Source: Telmatocola sphagniphila (GTDB lineage: Bacteria; Planctomycetota; Planctomycetia; Gemmatales; Gemmataceae). From it: DNA of 32,000 nucleotides. Below, piece by piece: positions 17,221 through 25,585 of this stretch. The DNA lies in the NCBI RefSeq assembly GCF_018398935.1, contig NZ_CP074694.1, positions 2,760,001 to 2,792,000 on the forward strand, given 5' to 3'. The notes beneath the pieces are model-generated. The model was not told where the DNA came from, made no database searches, and was given only the letters and a program-made list of their open reading frames with translations. Both the position numbers and the translations under genes were made by a program. Each line of letters begins with the position of its first letter. The first letter of the stretch is position 1.

Positions 17221-19206
17221 TTATTTCGAGATTTCAAATTCGGCCAAGTAGACACTGCCGGTAACATCGGTATCGAGTGAATGGAATTCGAAATATCCTT
17301 CCGAATTCGGATCCAGCCGGATCGTTCGTTCGATAGTCTGCCACTGGCCACCGGTTCCCTGCATGTGCTCCGCACCGTAGATTCCATAGGCGTGCTTTAT
17401 TTCCGGAGCCGTTGGCTTGAACTTAAACTGCACGGCTTTCTGCAAAGTCGAATTGGTCAAATACGTAATCTTGACTCGCAACAATCCATCGGCAGGCACT
17501 TTGAGGTAAGGGCTCAGCAGCATCGACGTGCCATAGGGCATTTCGCCCACCTTCACGTTTTTGGTTCCAATCGCCATCTTCCCGGCGATCACCTCCGCGC
17601 TGTAAGTCGCGTCCGAAGTCGGGTCATAGGTGTGACCTCGCCATCCGGTTGGCCACTCGCCTTCTCCGGAGCGGGTACGTTGAACGAAGTGTCGATCTTC
17701 CAGGGGATCTTCCACGGGCTCGCAATTTCCAATCAGCTCGAAAGCCTTCTGCTTGGACAGATCGAGAGTGTACATAGAAATACCGCTGGATTTTAGTGCC
17801 GGCGGATTTTCCGGATTCGATTGAGGCCGCGGTTGATTTTGTCGTACTCCCTCGGGCGGCTGCGATTTTGGAAATGACTGAGCGCCCCGGTTGTTGTTCG
17901 GTTCCGTCGCATTCGCCACGGTACTGGACGATCCGGAACCAAAGAACTGCGTGATCAGGAGCGTCAGCACGACTGTGGCCGCGATCCCCCCCGCGACACT
18001 GAGCACATTTTTGTTACGGTAGAACGGCTTGACTTCATCTGGCTTATTCTTGGAGAATCCCTTGACAGGAAGCTTCTTTGATCCCGTATTTCTATTCAGT
18101 AGCTTGGCGGTGGTTGATTTGATGGAATCCGAGTCGATATCACCCTTCGAAAGGCCTGCGACCACTCGGGCCGCCCCGGCATCCGGCAACCATTCGGCCA
18201 GAGCCTCGATAACTTCCGCGGGTGTTTGAAAGCGATCTTCCGGCTTCTTGGCGATCATTTTGTCGACGATCGCCGAGAGCGCGGGTGGAATGGTTTTATC
18301 GATATCGCTCAAAGACGAAGGCTGCTTAATCTGATGTTGGAACATCTTCTGAGTCGTGTTTCCCTTAAACAACGGCTTGCCGGTGACCAGAGTATAGAGC
18401 GTCACACCCAGGCTGTAGATGTCCGCACGAATGTCGATATTCGGACTACTCATCAATTGCTCGGGGGACATGAAATCGACCGTCCCCATCAGTGCGCCCT
18501 GATCCATGAGCGAAGTGAGCTTATCGCCCGGTTCGCTGGTACAGCGGGCTAAGCCCATATCCAGGATCTTGATAATCCCTTCCCGGGTCACCATCAGATT
18601 GGAAGGCTTGATATCGCGATGAATGAAGCCTTTTTCGTAGGCATGCTGCAAACCGGCGGCGGCCTGCGAAATGTAATCGACGCTGCGGGAGAGTCCCATG
18701 GCCCCGCCGTGCTCCAACAGGGCCTCGAGTGTACTACCGTCGACGTATTCCATCACGATGAAGTGGGTCTGTCCCTGCAGACCCACATCGTGGAGGCGAA
18801 CGATATTGGGATGATCCAGGGCAGCCGTCGCCCGGGCTTCGCGGAGGAACCGTTCGATGTTGATTTGTTCGTTGGCCTTCTCGTTGAGCAAAACTTTAAT
18901 TGCGACTTTTCGTCCCAGATCCCGATGCTCGGCCAGATAAACAATTCCCATGCCCCCTTTGCCGAGAGGGCGCTGAATCACGTAGGATTTCAGGGTGAAA
19001 CCGCGAGTTTTGCCTCCCAGCAACTGATTCGCCTGGTACTGGGTGATCAATCCATCCTTCACCAACTTGGCGGCACACTCCAACTTGTCAGTCGGAAGGT
19101 CCGATTCGTCCTCGTACATTTCGCGAAACTTGTTTTCGTTCAAGACGCCGCTTTTGCGGACGATGAACAAGAACGGATTGGAAGCAGCAGTTTCGGGAGA
19201 GACCAT
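17221..19206 (-). CDS. Membrane-anchored Ser/Thr protein kinase with an extracytoplasmic beta-rich C-terminal domain
   Basis: All canonical motifs are present: LGKGGMGIVYLAEH, VAIKVL, HRDIKPSNLMV, ILDMGLA, MSPEQ. The pre-kinase domain reads LITQYQANQLLGGKTRGFTLKSY. The TM segment is VLSVAGGIAATVVLTLLITQFF. It is followed by a P/Q/N-rich linker and a beta-rich domain of about 190 aa. I place the start at ATG 19206; the track uses TTG 19221. Confidence 0.9.
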   Translation of the reverse strand: MVSPETAASNPFLFIVRKSGVLNENKFREMYEDESDLPTDKLECAAKLVKDGLITQYQANQLLGGKTRGFTLKSYVIQRPLGKGGMGIVYLAEHRDLGRKVAIKVLLNEKANEQINIERFLREARATAALDHPNIVRLHDVGLQGQTHFIVMEYVDGSTLEALLEHGGAMGLSRSVDYISQAAAGLQHAYEKGFIHRDIKPSNLMVTREGIIKILDMGLARCTSEPGDKLTSLMDQGALMGTVDFMSPEQLMSSPNIDIRADIYSLGVTLYTLVTGKPLFKGNTTQKMFQHQIKQPSSLSDIDKTIPPALSAIVDKMIAKKPEDRFQTPAEVIEALAEWLPDAGAARVVAGLSKGDIDSDSIKSTTAKLLNRNTGSKKLPVKGFSKNKPDEVKPFYRNKNVLSVAGGIAATVVLTLLITQFFGSGSSSTVANATEPNNNRGAQSFPKSQPPEGVRQNQPRPQSNPENPPALKSSGISMYTLDLSKQKAFELIGNCEPVEDPLEDRHFVQRTRSGEGEWPTGWRGHTYDPTSDATYSAEVIAGKMAIGTKNVKVGEMPYGTSMLLSPYLKVPADGLLRVKITYLTNSTLQKAVQFKFKPTAPEIKHAYGIYGAEHMQGTGGQWQTIERTIRLDPNSEGYFEFHSLDTDVTGSVYLAEFEISK

Positions 19207-19221
19207 GTTTCTGTGCACCAA

Positions 19222-19549
19222 AATTAAGAAGGTGTTTATTTATGCAATTATTTAGAACAATTTTTAAGATGCTGTCTCAAAAAACAGATTGAATTTAAAA
19301 TAATTGCAGTTGAAATTTATTTCACTAATGTGCCGGATGTCGATCAATTCGCCCTCTATTTTCGCAAGATCGGAAAATTTATTTGCGCAGGGCTATAAAT
19401 CTCATCCTTGCAGCGAATAACTTTTTTATCTCCCTGGGAGGGGGTTCCCGGGAGATTCGCAAAGCCTCCTTCCACTTCCTACTGAGCGAATCTGCCCTAG
19501 GATAAGGACATTACCACCGCAAATTATCCTGTTTTTTCGAGAGGCCGAT
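19222..19549. promoter_or_regulatory. AT-rich divergent intergenic control region between the kinase (-) and the peptidase (+)
   Basis: The first roughly 170 bp are visibly far more AT-rich than the flanking coding DNA. They contain an 11-bp perfect inverted repeat, TGCAATTATTT (19243-19253) / AAATAATTGCA (19298-19308). They also contain a GAAA(A)TTTATTT direct repeat (about 19312 and 19373). I cannot assign promoter hexamers confidently. Confidence 0.35.
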
Positions 19550-21658
19550 ATGTTACTCCGCTTGATTGTCGTACTAATAGGATTCGCCTCCTGGGGACAA
19601 GCTCAGCAACCGCTAGCCCCAGTTGCGACGAAAAAACCTCACGTTTTCGAACTGCACGGGGATAAGATCTCCGACGATTATTTCTGGCTCAAGGAAAAGA
19701 AGGATCCGGAGGTCATCAAATATCTGGAGGCTGAGAACGCCTACACCAAACAACTGACGAAAGATAACGAGAAACTCGAAAACCAGCTGTATAAGGACAT
19801 GCTGTCCCACATCAAACAGACCGATCTCGGCGTACCCTACGAGGATCATGGTTACTGGTACTACAGTCGGACTCAGGAAGGTAAGCAGTATCCGATCAAC
19901 TGCCGCAAGAAGGGAACTCAGGAAGCCCCGGAACAGGTAATTCTCGACATCAATGAGCTGGCTCAGGGCAAAAAGTTCATGAACGTCGGCGGCATGCAGG
20001 TCTGCGACAGCGGAAACTACCTGGCTTTTCTCACCGATACAACCGGTTTCCGCGAGTATTTTCTATCGATCAAGGATCTGGAATCGGGCAAACTTTTGGA
20101 AGATCACACCATTCAGGTGTCTGGTTTGGAATGGGCGGCCGACAACAGAACCCTTTTCTACGTGACGGAAGATGCCGCCAAGCGACCTTCGAAACTCTGG
20201 CGGCATACGGTAGGTCAGCCCAAATCAGCCGATCAACTGATCTACGAAGAGAAGGATGAGCTTTTCCGTGTCGGGATCGGCCGATCACACGATCGCAAAT
20301 ATCTCTATCGACTGTCCAGAAGTTCCACGACGACGGAACAAGCCTACCTGCCCTCCGACGATCTGAGCCAGCCCTGGAAGATCATTCTGCCGCGAAGTGA
20401 AGGACATGAATACACGGCAGACCATCGCAATGGCCTGTTCTATATCGTCACCAACTCCGGCGGGGCGACCAACTTCAAGATCTCGACGGTTCCGGTCGGA
20501 CAGAAAGATGCCGAATACCCCCTGTCCGCCTGGAAGAATTTCCTGACTTACAATCCGGCGGTGAACATCACCCGAATCTTGCTGCTGAAGAACTTTCTGG
20601 TAATTTCCGAGAGGGAGAAAGGCATCCCTCATCTTCGAGTCTATTCCTTCCATGCCGAGCAAGCCTATCGGATTTCCTTTCCCGAGCCGGTTTATTCGGC
20701 CTCGCTCGGAATGAATGCGGAATTCGATACGGATGCCATTCAGTTGAACTACACGAGTCTGGTTACACCTGCATCAATCTACTCCTTCGATTTGACGACC
20801 CAGAAGCGAACCCTCCTGAAACAAATGGAGGTACCGGGTTACAAGAGTTCGGAGTATGTGAGCGAGCGAATCGAAGCGACTTCGCACGACGGCACCAAAG
20901 TGCCGATTTCCCTGGTCTACAAGAAGGGTGTGAAGCGGGATGGCTCGGCTCCCTGCCTGCTCTACGGCTATGGCTCCTATGGCGCGACTATTCCCGTCGG
21001 CTTCAGCCCTGCCCGATTGGCGATGCTGGATCGTGGCGTCATCTATGCCGAGGCTCATATTCGCGGCGGCAGCGATCTGGGCAGACAGTGGTACCTCGAC
21101 GGCAAAATGCTCAACAAAAAGAATACCTTCCTCGACTTCATCGCTTGTGCCGATCATCTCGTTAAGGAAAAGTACTGTTCTCGAGATCGGTTGGCGATTC
21201 AAGGAGGTTCGGCGGGTGGGCTTCTCGTGGGAGCAACCATCAACATCCGGCCAGACCTCTGCAAGGTGGCCGTGCTGCAGGTTCCTTTCGTGGATGTGAT
21301 TAACACCATGCTCGACGAGTCGCTGCCGCTGACGATTCAGGAGTTTCTGGAATGGGGCAATCCCAAGAAATCCGAAGAATACGAGTACATGAAGAGTTAC
21401 TGCCCCTACACCAATCTGGGCAAAAAGTCTTATCCCTCGATCATCGTGACGACCTCCTTAAACGATAGCCAGGTGCTCTTCCATGAGCCGACCAAGTATG
21501 TGGCGAAACTGCGCACTTTGAAAACAGACAGCAACCCTCTCATTTTCAAATGCAACATGAATGCCGGGCACGGCGGAGCTTCCGGACGTTACGAAGCTTT
21601 GAAGGAAAAGGCTTTCATTGACGCGTTTGTTCTGAAGCAATTGGGAATTAACGACTAA
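19550..21658 (+). CDS. ptrB: S9A serine peptidase, oligopeptidase B (protease II)-like, secreted
   Basis: The N-terminus HGDKISDDYFWLKEKKDPEVIKYLEAENAYT aligns with E. coli protease II. The nucleophile motif is IQGGSAGGLLVG, followed by LTIQEFLEWGNP and the C-terminal NAGHGG. The signal peptide is MLLRLIVVLIGFASWGQAQ. Confidence 0.8.
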   Translation: MLLRLIVVLIGFASWGQAQQPLAPVATKKPHVFELHGDKISDDYFWLKEKKDPEVIKYLEAENAYTKQLTKDNEKLENQLYKDMLSHIKQTDLGVPYEDHGYWYYSRTQEGKQYPINCRKKGTQEAPEQVILDINELAQGKKFMNVGGMQVCDSGNYLAFLTDTTGFREYFLSIKDLESGKLLEDHTIQVSGLEWAADNRTLFYVTEDAAKRPSKLWRHTVGQPKSADQLIYEEKDELFRVGIGRSHDRKYLYRLSRSSTTTEQAYLPSDDLSQPWKIILPRSEGHEYTADHRNGLFYIVTNSGGATNFKISTVPVGQKDAEYPLSAWKNFLTYNPAVNITRILLLKNFLVISEREKGIPHLRVYSFHAEQAYRISFPEPVYSASLGMNAEFDTDAIQLNYTSLVTPASIYSFDLTTQKRTLLKQMEVPGYKSSEYVSERIEATSHDGTKVPISLVYKKGVKRDGSAPCLLYGYGSYGATIPVGFSPARLAMLDRGVIYAEAHIRGGSDLGRQWYLDGKMLNKKNTFLDFIACADHLVKEKYCSRDRLAIQGGSAGGLLVGATINIRPDLCKVAVLQVPFVDVINTMLDESLPLTIQEFLEWGNPKKSEEYEYMKSYCPYTNLGKKSYPSIIVTTSLNDSQVLFHEPTKYVAKLRTLKTDSNPLIFKCNMNAGHGGASGRYEALKEKAFIDAFVLKQLGIND

Positions 21659-21868
21659 TTGTCAGAGCGAGTCTGGAAGTTGCTGCAAAGAACTGATTCC
21701 AGGGTAAGAGAACGCAGCAGCTTCCGATCGCATTAAGTTCGTGAGTTAGCGACAGAATCCTAGAATTGTGCTTGAGTTACTCGACTTAAATAGCTAAGCT
21801 CAAGGAATTCCAAAGTGAAACTCTTCTTTCTTTGCTCCTGCGTGCCTTCAAAATGAGCACGCCACTGA

Positions 21869-22552
21869 ATGACTGTAGACAAAAATGTTCGTCTTTCTCG
21901 TTGTGAATATTGGATTTTAAATCAGCTTGCCCATCTTTGCTTTGAGCCCTTCTGGTTTGATGATCGACATGCCGGTGGTGCGTTAAACACGCAATCACAT
22001 GGATTAGATAATTCCCAACTGGCCGCTACCCTACACTACCATTACTCGAAAGATTGGATTCGCTTTGAAACATTTGATGAGCAGCCACTTCACTTCTCGC
22101 TGGAAGATATTGTTGCTGCCATTGAACCCAAGGAAAATCAGGTTCGATCTTTCGCTTGCATCACGGAACTCGGCGGTGCGATTTGGGAATCCTTTGCTAA
22201 GCCAAATTGGGGCACCTACTTACAGCACCACGGTTCGGTGAATTCTGATGACGAGACCGAAGAGATTGAAATTCTTGCTACTGATCGCCGAAAGATCGAT
22301 TCTTACTTGTTGTTGCTCGATCAATACTTTGAAAATGGTCAATTCTGGTGTGTTGACCGTTCCACACTCCGAGAGGAATTGCTTTCCCCATTCAACGTGA
22401 CGTATTGGAAACAACTCCCCCAAGGGTATCGCCTAACGTTCCGAATGATACGAAGAGAATCTGACGCCGTTTCCGATTACGAAAAGGCACTTTCTCGATC
22501 CTATGACTTGTCTGATCTTTGCGAATTCCGCCGCTGGTATGCCTGGGATTAA
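21869..22552 (+). CDS. Hypothetical acidic, Trp-rich cytoplasmic protein (orphan)
   Basis: This 227-aa ORF is the only long ORF in a visibly lower-GC stretch. I recognise no motif, and it has no signal peptide or TM segment. No obvious Shine-Dalgarno sequence is present. Confidence 0.55.
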   Translation: MTVDKNVRLSRCEYWILNQLAHLCFEPFWFDDRHAGGALNTQSHGLDNSQLAATLHYHYSKDWIRFETFDEQPLHFSLEDIVAAIEPKENQVRSFACITELGGAIWESFAKPNWGTYLQHHGSVNSDDETEEIEILATDRRKIDSYLLLLDQYFENGQFWCVDRSTLREELLSPFNVTYWKQLPQGYRLTFRMIRRESDAVSDYEKALSRSYDLSDLCEFRRWYAWD

Positions 22553-22745
22553 GTCAGCTAAGCCTTAGCCCGATTTCGCCAGAATCTGAATCTCCTAATT
22601 CTCCCTAAAAGCAGATAATTGAATCACTTAGGATATGCGATTCTCATAAATCAATTTTTGTAGCGCCAATTGATCTTGCCCCTTTTTCGCCCCCTCGGTT
22701 ACACTTGGCGATAATTGGAATTGCGTTCGCAAAGGATTGCGGTCG

Positions 22746-24203
22746 ATGGACAGAGTTTCGCTACCGATGGAGCCCAAACGCTCGGGATGGATCCCCTGGG
22801 CCCTGGGTCTGTTTTGTTTACTCCTCACGGCTCTGAGTGCCCGTCCTTACGCCGGGGGCTGGAACGATGGGAGTAGACTGGCTGCCGTCGAATCGCTGGT
22901 GGATCGTCAGACTCTGACAATCGACGAATCGGTGTTTTGCCATCCCTCGGCGGAATCCATTGCCGCGGATCGTGCCCCGTATCCCAGCAATAATCCCGAT
23001 TTGCTGAAAAATGGAACCAGCGATAAACTGTTCATCAACGGGCACTATTACTCCGACAAACCGGCGGTCATCTCCCTCTTGATGGCTGGGATTTACCAGA
23101 CGGCCCTGTTTTTGGGATTACCCAGCGCCGCCGAAAGACCCGATCTTTTCTGCTATGAGATCACCTGGGGCTCGGCGGGTCTGGCTTATCTGGTGGCCGT
23201 GCTGTCGATCTATCAAATTGGCCTGTTTTTGCGGCTTCCGGGTAAGTTACTGGCCGCCTGGGTGGGGAGTTTCGCCCTGGCGACTTTTGCTCTGGCCTAC
23301 ACACGCCATACCAACAACCACATTCTGCAACTCGGTTCCCTGGCTCTGATTTGCCTTCAAATGCTTCACATCAGCCGAAATGCGGCGAGTTCGCAAATTT
23401 CCCGGGGCCGGTTAGTACTTTTGGGAAGTCTTGCCGGGCTTAGTTTCAATCTCGATCTTGGTGCCGGTCCGCTGCTGGTTGCCGCGCTATTCTTCTATTC
23501 AGCTTATACCTTCCGCACCTGGAAGCCTGTTGCCGTGTATACCCTGGCCGCCTTACCGTGGGTGATTGCGGGACTGGGAATCAATTACTCTATCGGCGGA
23601 GTTATCAAGCCAATCAACATGGTGCCGGAATATTCCTCCTGGCCCGGCTGCCCGTTCACACCGGAAAATATGACCGGTTTTTCGAGACATTCACCCATCA
23701 AACTGACTGTGTACGCTCTGGCGTTACTCTTCGGCAAGCATGGCTTTCTGGTTCACAACATTCCGTTACTTTTGAGTCTGCCCGCGGCCTTCTTCGTTCT
23801 GCGAAAATCGAGTCCACTTCGTCCGGTATTGCTCACCAGCCTGGGTTGGTGCGCGGCCACGTGGCTACTCTACTCCGCCCTCTCGAACAACTACGGAGGC
23901 GGTTCCTGTTCGATTCGCTGGTTTGCCCCATTCCTCGCACCAGGATATCTGCTGCTGGGAATTTATCTGAAGGACTACCCGCGTTACTTCGCCGATTTTC
24001 TGACCCTGAGTTTCTGGGGCACTCTGTTCGGAGCAATCATGTGGACGGTCGGCCCCTGGTCCTTAAAGATGATCCCCCTGCTTTGGCCGACCGTCGGCTG
24101 TGCCCTGGTAAGTTGGGGAATTTGCAGGTATCGCCTCAGCCGTACGGAGAAACGTGAAGAACTCGTCCCCCGGGATTCCTTGCCCGTTTCCCGCGCCGCT
24201 TAA
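22746..24203 (+). CDS. GT-C fold (ArnT/PMT-like) polytopic membrane glycosyltransferase
   Basis: The ORF is roughly 485 aa with more than 10 hydrophobic segments. The first extracytoplasmic loop, WNDGSRLAAVESLVDRQTL...INGHYYSDKPAVISLL, resembles the ArnT/PMT loop (acidic residue ... NGxxYxxKPP). I place the start at ATG 22746, which has AAGGA 10 nt upstream; the track uses TTG 22737. Confidence 0.65.
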   Translation: MDRVSLPMEPKRSGWIPWALGLFCLLLTALSARPYAGGWNDGSRLAAVESLVDRQTLTIDESVFCHPSAESIAADRAPYPSNNPDLLKNGTSDKLFINGHYYSDKPAVISLLMAGIYQTALFLGLPSAAERPDLFCYEITWGSAGLAYLVAVLSIYQIGLFLRLPGKLLAAWVGSFALATFALAYTRHTNNHILQLGSLALICLQMLHISRNAASSQISRGRLVLLGSLAGLSFNLDLGAGPLLVAALFFYSAYTFRTWKPVAVYTLAALPWVIAGLGINYSIGGVIKPINMVPEYSSWPGCPFTPENMTGFSRHSPIKLTVYALALLFGKHGFLVHNIPLLLSLPAAFFVLRKSSPLRPVLLTSLGWCAATWLLYSALSNNYGGGSCSIRWFAPFLAPGYLLLGIYLKDYPRYFADFLTLSFWGTLFGAIMWTVGPWSLKMIPLLWPTVGCALVSWGICRYRLSRTEKREELVPRDSLPVSRAA

Positions 24204-24240
24204 GACACCACCGACTAGCCATTGAGGTCGAGGATTTCGA

Positions 24241-25491
24241 ATGAACGTCGCACGAATGAGATTGATCGACCGTTGGTTGGGTACCCCGGTTTGTCTTTTA
24301 CTCACGATTTGGAGAACGATCTGGGGTCGAAAATTCCCAGCGCAGGATCAGAAACCTCGAAGCATTTTGTTCATCAAACTCGCCGAGCAAGGATCGACTG
24401 TTTTAGCGCAGAGAGCTTTGCGCTCGGCGGTAGAACGGGTGGGGCGGGAGAAGGTCTATTTTCTGCTCTTTGCCGAGAATCGGCCGATTCTCGATCTGCT
24501 CGATCTGATTCCTCGACAGAACGTGATTGAAATTCGAGCCAAGGGATTACTTCGAACAATTATCGGCGCCTGCAGCGCCCTCTACCGAATGCATCGTCTC
24601 GGAATTGAAGCGGTGATCGACCTGGAGTTTTTTGCTCGCTCCTCGGCCAGTTTGAGTTACCTCAGCGGCGCGCGCTGGCGGGTCGGTTACCACGCCTTTG
24701 GGGGCGAGGGGTCTTATCGCGGCAACCTGATGACCCATCGCTTATCCTTCAACCCGTACTTGCATACCAGCCAGACATTTCAGATCATGGTCGATGCACT
24801 CGACCATCCCGCTGAACAATTTCCCATGTTCGATCTGGTCCCTTCCACAAGCGAATCGACTGGTTTTCAGTTGAAATTCGATAGTTCCGAAACGGCGGTG
24901 GTTCAGGCCCTCCTCGAAAAAGAACTAGGCAGATCTGCCCGAAAAATCATTCTCCTGAATGCCAACGCCAGCGATCTGATGCCGTTACGACGGTGGCCGA
25001 GTGACCGTTACATCGAACTGGCCAATCTCTTGCTAAGCCAGTATCCCGATTGTGCAATCGGATTTACCGGAGCTCCGAGCGAAGCCAGCGCTGTGGACGA
25101 ACTCGTTCGAAAAGTGAACAGCCCACGGTGTTTCAACACCGCCGGGAAAACCAACCTTCGCCAGTTATTGATTCTCTACAGTCTGTCGGAAATTCTGGTG
25201 ACCAACGATAGTGGCCCGGCCCACTTCGCGACATTAACGAATGTCGAGGTCGTTGTATTGTTTGGCCCGGAAACTCCGAAGTTATTTGCCGCTCTGTCGC
25301 CGCGCACTCATCCCCTCTGGGCCGGGCTGGCCTGCAGTCCCTGCATCAATGCCTTCAATGACCGGAACTCTTCCTGCCGCGATAACGTTTGCATGAAGAA
25401 AATCAGTGTGGATCAGGTGTTTGAACAGGTGGCCGAGCTGTACGAGAAGCGACAACAGCAATTCGGTCGAGGAAATCGGCTCGCGGCGTGA
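24241..25491 (+). CDS. Glycosyltransferase family 9 (LPS heptosyltransferase-like)
   Basis: The C-terminal motif LSEILVTNDSGPAHFATL...VVVLFGPETP is characteristic of GT9. It starts 37 bp after the GT-C gene on the same strand. Confidence 0.85.
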   Translation: MNVARMRLIDRWLGTPVCLLLTIWRTIWGRKFPAQDQKPRSILFIKLAEQGSTVLAQRALRSAVERVGREKVYFLLFAENRPILDLLDLIPRQNVIEIRAKGLLRTIIGACSALYRMHRLGIEAVIDLEFFARSSASLSYLSGARWRVGYHAFGGEGSYRGNLMTHRLSFNPYLHTSQTFQIMVDALDHPAEQFPMFDLVPSTSESTGFQLKFDSSETAVVQALLEKELGRSARKIILLNANASDLMPLRRWPSDRYIELANLLLSQYPDCAIGFTGAPSEASAVDELVRKVNSPRCFNTAGKTNLRQLLILYSLSEILVTNDSGPAHFATLTNVEVVVLFGPETPKLFAALSPRTHPLWAGLACSPCINAFNDRNSSCRDNVCMKKISVDQVFEQVAELYEKRQQQFGRGNRLAA

Positions 25492-25532
25492 CGCGATCAA
25501 CGGCCAGCAGTTTCTCGCTGGTGAACACTTCC

Positions 25533-25566
25533 AAAAAAAAAAGCTCACCCGATCCGGATGAGCTTT
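25533..25566 (-). terminator. Rho-independent terminator of the metalloprotease gene
   Basis: On the minus strand the sequence reads AAAGCTCA-tccggatcggg-TGAGCTTT followed by T10. It lies about 20 nt downstream of the stop at 25586. On the plus strand the hairpin is preceded by A10, so it could also block read-through from the GT9 gene. Confidence 0.65.
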
Positions 25567-25585
25567 AAGTGCTTGAGTTATTCGA

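Noticed and set aside
21768-21784. 17-mer GTGCTTGAGTTACTCGA, repeated with one mismatch at 25569-25585 (GTGCTTGAGTTATTCGA)
   Set aside because: My rough estimate is that a few 16/17 matches are expected by chance among all position pairs and both strands of a 32-kb window. There is no flanking similarity and no element-like context.
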